Shown: piece after piece, positions 25,810-36,361 of the stretch
How positions within the stretch are numbered: position 1 is the stretch's first letter
How the letters are laid out: each line of letters begins with the position of its first letter
Source: Corallochytrium limacisporum Hawaii
Taxonomy: Eukaryota > Protista > Pluriformea
Reading direction: 5' to 3'
Length of the DNA: 40,068 nucleotides
Assembly: GCA_002811645.1 (NCBI GenBank)
Contig: PDIP01000091.1
Span: 1 to 40,068, forward strand
Notes under the pieces: model-generated
What the model was told of the DNA's origin: nothing
The model's input: the letters and a program-made list of their open reading frames with translations, nothing else
Databases searched by the model: none
Made by a program: the position numbers and the translations under genes

Positions 25810-25893
25810 GTTAGGTTACCCAAGTGGTTACGGGGCTTGTTTTGAAAGCAGGTATGGTTTTTCCATGCGGAGGTTCGAATCCTTCACCTAACG
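25810..25893 (+). tRNA. trnS: tRNA-Ser(UGA)
   Basis: Anticodon arm CTTGT-TTTGAAA-GCAGG with a long variable arm. Confidence 0.93.
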
Positions 25894-25916
25894 ATTTATA
25901 TTACCCTGTTTTATTT

Positions 25917-25989
25917 GGATCTATCGTCTAGTTGGTTAAGACAGCTCGCTTTTAACGAGTCAACCTGGGTTCAAGTCCCAGTGGATCCC
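25917..25989 (+). tRNA. trnK: tRNA-Lys(UUU)
   Basis: Anticodon arm GCTCG-CTTTTAA-CGAGT. Confidence 0.92.
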
Positions 25990-26147
25990 TTTTATTCTAA
26001 TTTATTTTTTAAATTTTTATATCACCTATAAGCTATTTGCTTTGGTAATATTTATTATTTACTAGTTGCATCCATTTTTATTAAAGTTAATACATTTGTG
26101 ACTTATTTCTGTTTATTCAGGAATAAGGGTTGAAATATTGTTTTTAG

Positions 26148-29100
26148 ATGGAATCATTATTCTTTCTTATTCAATATATCAACATTGGAGTTTTATATTT
26201 AGTATTTGCACTATTTAGAAACAATTTTGTTTCTAAATATCGAAGCGAGGACCACTCTCTTCAAACAATTAACGAAAACGATTTAAGCCCGTTTCATTCA
26301 TATAATCTTTGTCATAGAGGTAGATATCCCTCACTTAAAGCAGATAAGTCATTTATTTTTCTGGATTCTAATCAAGGATCGAGATATGCTTTGAAAAATA
26401 ATAGAAATTCATTTACTATTTTTTCACAATCTAAAAGATATTCTACTCAATCTTCTAGTAAAAAATTTAATAAATCTAATCTTAAACGATCACGAACCGG
26501 ATTAAAAACAATTAAAGAGCATTTTATTTTTGAACAGAAAATAAAAATAGATAAACAGTTAAATAAAATTCATGCTAATAAAAAATATTATTTAGAAGAT
26601 AATATAATTGGTAAAAAATTAATGTTACAAAAACAATGAAATGATACAATTTTAGAACGTAGTAAAGATCATCATTTTTTACTGGAATCATTTTTAAAAA
26701 CTCGATATCGAAAAGATATTGAAGATATCAATATCAAGTTAATTTATATGCTTATGGAAGAAATTATTAAGGGCCCTGGAGCTATTCTTTCTTCTAAAGA
26801 ATTTAAACTTAATTATTGAGTAAAAAGATCAGTTTTTCCTTATTCATATTTTGGCTATGATCCAATTATTGGACGTGCTGAAGACGAAGGTGATGTTAGT
26901 ATTCCGGCTGATCGAACACATAATGCATTTATTGGACAAAACCTTGACTTCCCTCATCGGCATAAATTGGTTTCTTACCATACCTGAACTAATTATTACT
27001 TTGGTAAATTTCTAGGTATTGACGAAGCTAGCACTGTTGATTTAATAGTAACGATGTATAGTACCAACCGTAAACAACTTACATTCATTTTTGAATTTTT
27101 AGATACAATTTTATTCAATTTAACAAGTTTGCCTAATTATCCTACAGTTGCTATTCCTGTGGAAGATTTAGAAACAGTATTAAAAAAAACATTGGAAAAT
27201 CAAAAAAGGATGGATCCAAGAGATAAAGATTTTTACAAACCTGATATGATTAAATCTATTCTAAATACTTTCCGATTACTTCATAATCAAACTCCAGTAT
27301 ATAAAGATGAATTTGATGATGATAAAAACCCAGTAACTATCTTATATCCTGTTGTCAATATGTTGCAGACATTAATTCTTTTCTTAGATGCATCTGGTAA
27401 AATTAAATTAAATGATATTTACTTACCTTATTCACCCGATTTTCCCCAAAGAAATAAAGGCAATTATTCAATTAAAGATGGAGATAAAAATTATTTACAG
27501 TTTTCTTTTTTATTGATTTTAGGTTATTTAATGTTTTCTAATTGGGGTCCTATTTGAATTCATGCACAATATTTTAAATTATTTACAGATAATTTTTTAG
27601 CTTTAAATATGGATTCAAACAGATTTCATCGTCATAATCATAAGCCGCTATATATTCAAAGAAATAGTGCAGACGTAGTTAAAAACTTACAAAGAAATAA
27701 AAATAATTCTATGCCTCGGGTTGGAATTGTAACCCAGCGAAACTTTTATAATTCCGTGCTTAAACTATCTAATTTAAACTCCGGCAATTTTCATTATTTT
27801 ATTCTTGAAATGCTCTGTCAACAATTTAATGATGATTTTTTATACTTCCAACATTTTGATAAAAACCAAGAACTAGCAATAACTAGTTTTATTATCATAA
27901 GATCTGGTATTTATCGAATTAATATTTTAATTAAGGCGTATCGATCATCATACTACGACTCTTTAGACAAGGTAGGTTATTCAGGTGATTATTCTGGATC
28001 AAAATTAATTGAAGTTACCTTTACAATTAAAGGACCAGCATCAAGATCAGAATCACAGTCAGCAAAATTTGTAACTCAACTTTGAAATGAAGATGAATTT
28101 TTTTATATAATGGGAAACCTTGAAACTTCATTTATTAGCGGAGGATTATTAAAATATTTATTATATTTTAATCATTTTGTAAGTTACAAAGAAAGATTAA
28201 ATGATATTGGAACTGTTGCTTTCCAGGCAAAGCCAGAAAAGCTATGTAAACCTTATTTAACTTTAACTGGAGAAGTAAAAGATTATGTTAATGAACAATA
28301 TAATATTGAACCGGCATCTCGTGATAAAGATATGTATGATTTTTTAAAAAGTTATTTCCCTGAATTTACAAATAAATCTTTTAAAATTGTTTCATTTTCA
28401 ACACACATAAATTATCATAATGTTAAAGTTCATCCTGCTCAATGAAAAGACCGAGAAATTATTAGTCATGCATTATTTAACTCACCTATAACTGAAATTT
28501 ATTCTCTTATGGAAGCTGCAGGACTTGCTAACAATTTTCCTACTCCAGATGAGAAAAAATTAATTTCTATTGATAAAACCTTTCCACTTCACCCTATTAA
28601 TTTCATTCACTTATTACCTGAAAATAATATCTTTATAGAGGAAGATTTAAAGATAGGAAATAGTTTATATGACCCAGAAAGCCTATTATATAATCACTCT
28701 AATTTGCGTGATTCTCATTCTGAATTTTTCAATTTTCAGTTTGGACCCAATAGCAATCCTGAGTTTTCACCGTTATTTAACCCTAATCTTCATACTAATG
28801 ATATTAACATTGGAAGTTTTTTTCTTAATTCTAATACTAATCCTAAAGAATTTTTTATTTTTAAAGATAAATTAGACCGAGACTTTACTGAATTGATTAT
28901 TGAAATTAATAATAAAACTGGTAATATTTATTTACCTACAAAAGGTGAATCTACCCAAAAATTCAATATTAATATTCAGTATCACTCTATCTACCCAATT
29001 CTTTATTCTATTCATTTTCCACATCGATTTAACTGATTTTTTAGTAAAGATAGAATTAAAGGATTATTAAAAAATTATAATATTTCAAGGAAATTAATTG

Positions 29101-30254
29101 ATGATAATCCTATTATAATTGATATTTTTTTATCTATTTATTTAATAGGATTAAAAGGCAATCTAAGTTTTATAATGCATCTTTGATTAGATAACATAAA
29201 ATATCTTAGACCTGGTGTCTTATCTGAATTAGACTTATCTAAAAAATATGGTAATGATTTACCAGTTCTGCGACTTCATGTACGTGATATTGTAAAAAAC
29301 AAAAAAATTATTAAAGATTTTAATAGATCTGACATTAATGATGTTAAAAAAGCAATTAAAATGCTTTCTAAACCAAATTATTCTTATAAAGCAAAAAATA
29401 ATCATGAATTAGCAAGTATAAACAATATTTTTACAAATGTTACAACTACTAATAAGACCGCACCTGAATTGGTTCTTCCAATTTTACCTGTTAATTTAGC
29501 TTTTCCTATTATTAAGGAATATCGAGATTTATCTACTACTTATAAATCAAAACAACCTGAAATTTTTAATCCATTAGGTATTACCTCTGTTAAAAAAGAT
29601 GAGAAAAAACTACCCTGAAACATTGAAGAGAAAAGACTTTTACCTGTTTCATTAATTTCTTCTCTTGCTAAAACTTTTGATGATAAACCAATGCGAAATA
29701 AGTTTGTAGGATCAGGATTATTTTTTTCCTTGACTACTTACCACACTTGATTAAATAATAATCTTAAACCAGCCCAAAAAGCTAAATCTATTTTAGAATC
29801 TCAATTAGAAGATATCCATAAAGGTAAAAAAATTATAATTAATGATTACCTGGAAAATAAATGATTATTTTATGCTGATCAAGTTACACCTACTAAATTT
29901 CGATCTGATATTTTTAAGAATCATTCTAAAACATGTTATGATTCACAAAATATTTTATTCTCTTACGCCAATGTTATTGAATATTTTCGAAAAGATTGAA
30001 TTAATTATCAATTAATTACTAATTCAGTTAATAAGAAAATGAAAAATAAAAAAGTATATTTTAATATAAATTTGACTGAACTTGAAGACTATTTATCTAA
30101 ACAACTAAGCAGAAAGAACCTTGATTCTGAAAAAACTGCTAAAGATAAACAAGTAAATAAAATAGGTGGGCTAAAAAATACTTATGCTGAAACTTCAATT
30201 AGACATTCAAATTATAAAAAAAATAAACAAAAGAATGATAAATTTATAGTTTAA
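26148..30254 (+). CDS. Unidentified ORF1368
   Basis: Seven track ORFs share one frame and are separated only by TGA. No in-frame TAA or TAG over 4107 nt. Flanked by trnK and trnI. Confidence 0.88.
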
Positions 30255-30268
30255 CCTTAAAATAACAA

Positions 30269-30302
30269 AATCGTTCATAACCCATAAGAATTTTGAACGA
30301 TT
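30269..30302 (+). terminator. Stem-loop after ORF1368
   Basis: AATCGTTCA ... TGAACGATT, a 9-bp inverted repeat. Confidence 0.4.
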
Positions 30303-30305
30303 CTA

Positions 30306-30377
30306 AAGCCCATAGTTTAACGGTTAGAACGATCTGTTGATAACGGATTAATGGTGGTTCAATTCCTCCTGGGCTTA
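30306..30377 (+). tRNA. trnI: tRNA-Ile(GAU)
   Basis: Anticodon arm ATCTG-TTGATAA-CGGAT. Confidence 0.94.
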
Positions 30378-30455
30378 ATTTATAACCTATTTTTATATTC
30401 ACTAATAAGCTAAAATAACTCTTTTGCTAAACTAAATAAAATAATTACTACGACG

Positions 30456-33400
30456 ATGAAATTTATTCTTGAATTTTATACAAAAATGCTTGACTCCTTT
30501 AAGGAAGGTAATCTTTTTTCTCTTATGTCTAGGTATCTGAAAAGAAAATATAATTTCAAAAAATTCGAATCTCACACTTCGGCATTTTTTGAAAAGGCTA
30601 CTGATGACTCTCAAAATTGAGTATCATTAAAAGAAGTTTATAGAGAATGAGTACCTTTTACACATTCTACTTCTAGAGTTGTAGATTTCTTTTATCCTAA
30701 GCCATCTACTTATTGAAATATAGCCAATTTATCAAAATATCTAGAGAGTAAAACAAATAAAAAGTTATGAATTTATTATGTGACAAAAGTTGTTATTTCA
30801 GGTGGTACACATAAAGGAAGAATTATTTTCTACTTTCATAATTTCGATAGACGGAAAAATTGAAGCTTAACACCCTTTATTATTAAAAGACAAGATCTTT
30901 CAGGGACACCAGAATTAAAATTCGGGTATTTTAAGTCACCAACAAAGAAAATAAATAACACAGAAAAAAAGTTTCTTAGACAAATTCACTTATTTCAATC
31001 TTTAGATAATATTAAAAATTTAAATTCGTTTTTTAATCTTTTTGATAACAAACTTCAACTTATTAACATTGTTGCTTACAGTAATACAATAAATGACCTA
31101 TATCCAATCTTTTCAACTTATTTACCAGTGTTCTTAAATCAAATAAATAAATTTACTAAATTTTTTTTATTTGATTACATTTTAGAAAAAAAAGGAGATG
31201 TAAGTTTTCTGTTCAGTAATTTAGACTTTACTGAAACAGCTACTCCAAATCCTTTACTAAATTTCAATTCTGATAAAGATACAATTTATATCTTAGATTC
31301 CGTTTCTCCTAGATACAAAGGACTTTCAATCGATGTATTTCATTTTATTTTTGACCACCAATCTTATTTAAGAATTAAAAATGAATGAGATAAAATTGTT
31401 AAACGAAGCCACATTGTATCATTTCTATTAAGGGGTAAATACGTAAAATACAAACTTTTATTCAAAAACCCACCTATGTTAACTAAATATATTTTATTAT
31501 CACCCAACTCTAATAATTTTTCTTTCCCTATTACATTTTTATTTTTTTCAATTTTTATTTTGCCAAAGTATAAAGAATTTAAATCGAAATATGAACTAGA
31601 TAAAAATTTATATAGTATTCATTCTAAACGATTTAATAATACCACAATCCAGCTTCAAAATAATCAAACATTTCTGCGAGACTTTGAAACTATTATTGCC
31701 TCACTAAAAAGTAGCAAAATAGAAGAAATTATTAATAAATCAATGCCATTTTCAACTATCCATGTCAGAAAATTACATGAAACTTTATTTAATAATACAA
31801 CTAATAAAAAATACCCAGATCCTAACGACCTTTATATTTTTTATTCATTCTGAACATCTTTAAGCGTAGGACAAATAAAAATAGCACCCAACACTTATTT
31901 TGAAATTGGATCATACCCAACGGCAAAAAATGATAAAATTTATAAATATGATATTAATTCTTTTTATCCATTCTTATTAGTTTTTTTTAAATACCCCTTT
32001 GTATCTAAATTTCAATATTCTGCCACTAATTATGAAAGGAGGACTTTTATTCAATTTTTATCGACTCTTAAAGATTCTAAATTAAATAACATGTTCGGCT
32101 ATTACTTAGTAACTAACCTTAAAAAACCAAATAATTTTGAAACAAAAGTAGATTCACAATTTGATTTCCCAGGTAAAAATACTCCAAGTACAGAATCTTT
32201 TTGAATTCCATTCTCAGACTTGGTCTATATTACTAAATTAGGTTACCAATGAGAATCTAACTATCAATATTTATTTGATTACCAACCTTTTCAAAATTAC
32301 CAACTAATTTTCCAATTATATAATATGCGACAAAATAATTTTGAAAATATTTTGAATGTAAAAGCGTTACTAAATCAATTCTCCGGTCTTCTAGTTCGCT
32401 CTAGAAGTACATTAGTACCCGGAACTTCAATTAAACCTTTAACACGAATCTCTTTACCATGAGAATGAAGACGCTTATTTGATATCTCAATTGTAAAAAA
32501 CCCAAGATATTTTAATACTATTTCATTTTATTTTTGACAATACTTTATTATTGAGACACTAATAAATATTTTAAAAAATGATAAAAATGAACAAGATACT
32601 CTAAGTATTTTGAATCATGCTAAATCCACAATTGAAGACCTACTAGAACAAAATAGACGATTTGACAAAGATAATATAAATGATGACATGTTAGATTACC
32701 TATATTCAATTCTAGAAAAATGTGAAAATGAACGAATTTTAAGGAAAGATAAAGAATATTTAAACTTTAATCCAGATTTCTTTAAATACTATTACATTTC
32801 TACTCATTTACAAACTGTTATTCAATTATTATTTAGAAGAAAAAAATACTCATATCTTATTACTGATAATAATAGTCCGTTATACAATTTAAAAAAGAGA
32901 CAATCTTTTTCAGGAGTTAATCAACATTCGGATTTAAATAAATTTATTTTAAAACAATCCCCTATCTTTTTATTCCTGACAATTATTTATACAAATTGAA
33001 ATAATGTAGATCCAATAAACGCATCTGGATTCCAAATGTATTCTTATGCTCGTATCTTTTTACATCAAATTAAACGAGCCTATAGACAGCATGTTATTTA
33101 TTCAGATGTAGACTCAATTGTTTTGAATAAACCTTTAAATCCTTTATTTAAATTTGAAGAACCTTTAACTTGAATAATAAATAATAGTAAAAGCTTACAA
33201 AAACTAACTAAGTATGACACTGAAAAAGAAAATTTTTATGATAACTGAAACCAATTTAAAACTAAAGAGGTTCAAATTTTAACATGCCCTAATATGCAAC
33301 AATTAAATAGTAAACAATATATTAATATTGAATCTGATAATAAAAGATTTTCTGCTAAATTAGGAACATTTAAAAATGAAAAACTCAGAAAAAGTTGAAT

Positions 33401-33851
33401 AACTGATTATCAATATAACAATTCAAACTATAGTATTAACAAAGATTCTTTATTTTATTTTAATAGAATGCTAACTTATGGACATAAACAGTATTCTCTT
33501 TCATGAGCTTTTAAAGATAAAACACAGGTGCATACAAAATTCTCAGGCGCTAATATTGAAAACGCTGGAATTATTGACACATTCCCAGATGAATTTCAAA
33601 AATGAACAACATTCTGAAAATATGTATCTTCCAATGTAAAAAAATTAAAAATTGCTAATGGAAAGTGACAAAAGGATAAAGTAGATAAATTATTAAAAGG
33701 AATCGAAGAAAATTTCGAAAAACAAGACTTTGACCCAGAATTTGAATTAACAAATAATGGAAAATACGTCCTATCATTTAACACATATTATATAATGAAA
33801 AACTATATAATTACTATCAATTTTACACCTAATAAACTAAAAACAGATTAA
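30456..33851 (+). CDS. dpoB: Protein-primed family B DNA polymerase, divergent (1131 aa)
   Basis: One frame with motifs in the expected order: FYFHNFD (ExoII-like), YDINSFYP (motif A, 31947-31970), KALLNQFSG (motif B, 32361-32387), SYAR, YSDVDS (motif C, 33099-33116), LGTFKNE and KQY. Confidence 0.9.
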
Positions 33852-33893
33852 GAATAACACTCTCTTATTAATAAGAACAGGTGTTATTCTTAA
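33848..33893 (+). terminator. Hairpin overlapping the polB stop codon
   Basis: TTAAGAATAACAC / GTGTTATTCTTAA, a perfect 13-bp stem with the inner palindrome TCTTATTAATAAGA. Confidence 0.55.
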
Positions 33894-33897
33894 ACCA

Positions 33898-33942
33898 GTC
33901 GGAAAGAGTAATGCAATTGGGTTCAAGTCCCATCTCCGACCA
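33898..33942 (+). ncRNA. tRNA-like minihelix (acceptor stem and T-arm only)
   Basis: GTCGGA/TCCGAC stem and TGGG-TTCAAGT-CCCA T-arm at tRNA spacing. Only about 12 nt replace the D, anticodon and variable arms. Confidence 0.55.
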
Positions 33943-33984
33943 TGAGGCGCTTACCCTAAATAATAGGTGGGTGCCTCATATCCA

Positions 33985-36215
33985 CATAATCACTTTAGTA
34001 TTTCAGTACGTTTTAATTTGAATGATGTAACACTTAATTATTATTATTAGAACTACAAAAGTAGCCAATATATTCAACAGGGAAAGGAAACTTCCATAAC
34101 TCTTAATAGAAAATAAAAATTATAACTCAAGTATAGGCGATAGAAAGAGTTACCGCTTACCATTTAAATAATATAGTTATTATTTAAAAGTAATCCAAAT
34201 TTTAGCTAAAATGAATCATCATATCAATAGTGAAAAGTACTGTGAAGGAAAAATTAAACAAAACTGAATTAAAGTCAGATAATAATATCTTACCTTTTGC
34301 ATCATGAGTCAACAAATTCAAATTAGAAGCAAAATAATTATTGCAATTAATTTATTATAAGTTTTTTATTTGATACCCGAAGACATGTGAGCTATAGTTT
34401 TCCTGTTTTAAACTCTTCTAACTTAGAAGAAATTAAGAGAACGAACCAGTGACTTCTGCAATAGTCTTGGATGAGGAAACTATAGAGGTGAAATTCCAAT
34501 ACGAACATGTTGATAGCTGGCTCCCAAAGAAAATAATATTAGTTATAGAAACTATTTGACTTAATTTTTCTTTAAACCTAACTACTGCGGATGCGGGCCC
34601 TAACCGGTTACAATTTCGTGGTAACGTAATAAGGTTTATTTTATCATTGTTTACTTGGATATCGGGCGACCAGGTCCCTTATCAAATTGGAAACAGCCAT
34701 TTATACCAGTATAAGTCTTCTATATTTCGCAACTTTTAAGGAAAAAAGTTCAATGTTTTACAATAGATAGGCCCGCAGTCAGCCACTCTTTTGAGAAAGC
34801 GTTATAGCTCGATCTAAATGAATACTTTTTCTTAAAATATTTGAGAATTTCGAAATTACTCTTACTGTATACTTCTATTTGGGCATTTAATGTTTATTAT
34901 ACTAATATCTTAGTAACACTAATTTGACCTAATTGTTAATTTATTGCAATTTGAGCAAATTATATTACATATAATTTATTTACATTAAAGTGATGATGTT
35001 GATATAAGTTTTTTTCATTTATTATGAGTCGAAATTTTAGAAGTTTAGACACGTTTCTAAAAGAAGAATTCCCAAATAGAATTCTTCTTATTTGCTCTTA
35101 GGTACCAGTATTTTTTCTAAAGAATTACTATTTACAACGTTTCACCTAACTCTAGAAAATTATGACTTCAGGTTTAATCACCCATAAGGAACTCGGCAAA
35201 TTTTTATTGGGATAAATTTTTTTTCCAGATTTTATATAATTAATTTTTTACTAATTTTTTATTGAACAAATAATTAATTGTAAATACCTTTATCTCATTT
35301 TTATATGTATTTATTGTGCGACTGTTTACCTAAAACATAGGTAGGAGATAACGTTCAAATTTACTAATTCCTATCGTATCCTTCCAAATGGTTCATTTAT
35401 AATTTGATTTTTAATTTTGAAAGTCAAAATAAGGATAACCCAATGGAGGGCCTAACTCTGAGGCTCCTAAGGTAGCGAAATTCCTCGGCTGTTAATTGCA
35501 GTCCCGCATGAAGGAGGCACGACACATAAACTGTCTCAGGGGTGAGTCCAAGCTAAATTGAACTTTAGGTGCAAATTCCTGTTTTAACTAAAAGTCGAAA
35601 AGACCCTACGAAGCTTTACCGTTACCTGTCATCTTAATCTGTTTCATGTTCTTATAGAATAGGATGTGAATCTCTTTCTCCTTGAAATACATCCATCTTT
35701 ACACTTATGATACTTTTGATTGGTAGACAGTTTGCCTGGGGCTGGCTGCTATTATAATTCAAAATAGCTGAACTATGGTTGTTCTATTAATGATATTACA
35801 GCCTGACTGCTTGAATCTGTATTCATGCAGGAACGTAAGTTGGTCATATTGATCCGGATTCATTGTTGGATTCTGTTTCCGCTCAACCGCGAGAAGCTAC
35901 TCTAGGGATAACAGGCTACTCTCGGGGGAGAGACCTTATTGATCTCGAGGTTGGGTTCCTCGATGTCGGCTGACCTCATCCTAGGGGTGGAGAAGCTCCT
36001 AAGGGTAGGACTGTTCGTCCTTTAAAGAGGTACCTGGCTGGGTTCATTACGTCGCAAGACAGTAAGGCTTCTTCCTTTAGTTTATTCTTATTTAATCAAT
36101 TGAACTTTTGTACGAAAGGACCTGGTCATCTATTAGCAGTTTTATACATTTCAAGCTATAATTTCTAATTGATTCACCTGAAGAAATTTTGATTCAATAT
36201 AAATCTTTTTTGGAA
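33985..36215 (+). rRNA. rnl: Large subunit mitochondrial rRNA (ends approximate)
   Basis: GTACTGTGAAGGAAA, GACTGTTTACCTAAAACA, CCTAAGGTAGCGAAATTCC, GGGATAACAGGCT, CCTCGATGTCGGCT and the sarcin-ricin loop GTACGAAAGGACC. No introns seen. Confidence 0.96.
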
Positions 36216-36257
36216 TACGTTCTTCTTTTCTTTTTCTATCTTTCTTTATTTTTTTTA

Positions 36258-36330
36258 GACCCGGTCGAATAATTGGTCAATTCACATCTCTTTCACGGAT
36301 GAAATCTAAGTTCAATTCTTAGCTGGGTTA
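36258..36330 (+). tRNA. trnE: tRNA-Glu(UUC)
   Basis: Anticodon arm CATCT-CTTTCAC-GGATG. Confidence 0.93.
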
Positions 36331-36361
36331 TATTTAATCTATTTAGTCTATTTAGTCTACA

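Noticed and set aside
26872-26897. GRAEDEGDV in ORF1368 as an RNA polymerase NADFDGD-like motif
   Set aside because: The DxDGD pattern is not matched and there are no supporting motifs. T7-type motifs were also not found in ORF1368 or ORF1070.
33898-33942. Mitochondrial tmRNA (ssrA)
   Set aside because: There is no G3-U70 alanine identity pair in the register set by the T-arm. Kept only as a tRNA-like element.
36338-36359. Short tandem repeats (TCTATTTAG x2.5; also TTATAGCTR at about 4052-4082) as a CRISPR-like or functional array
   Set aside because: Only two to three adjacent copies with no spacers; ordinary slippage duplications.
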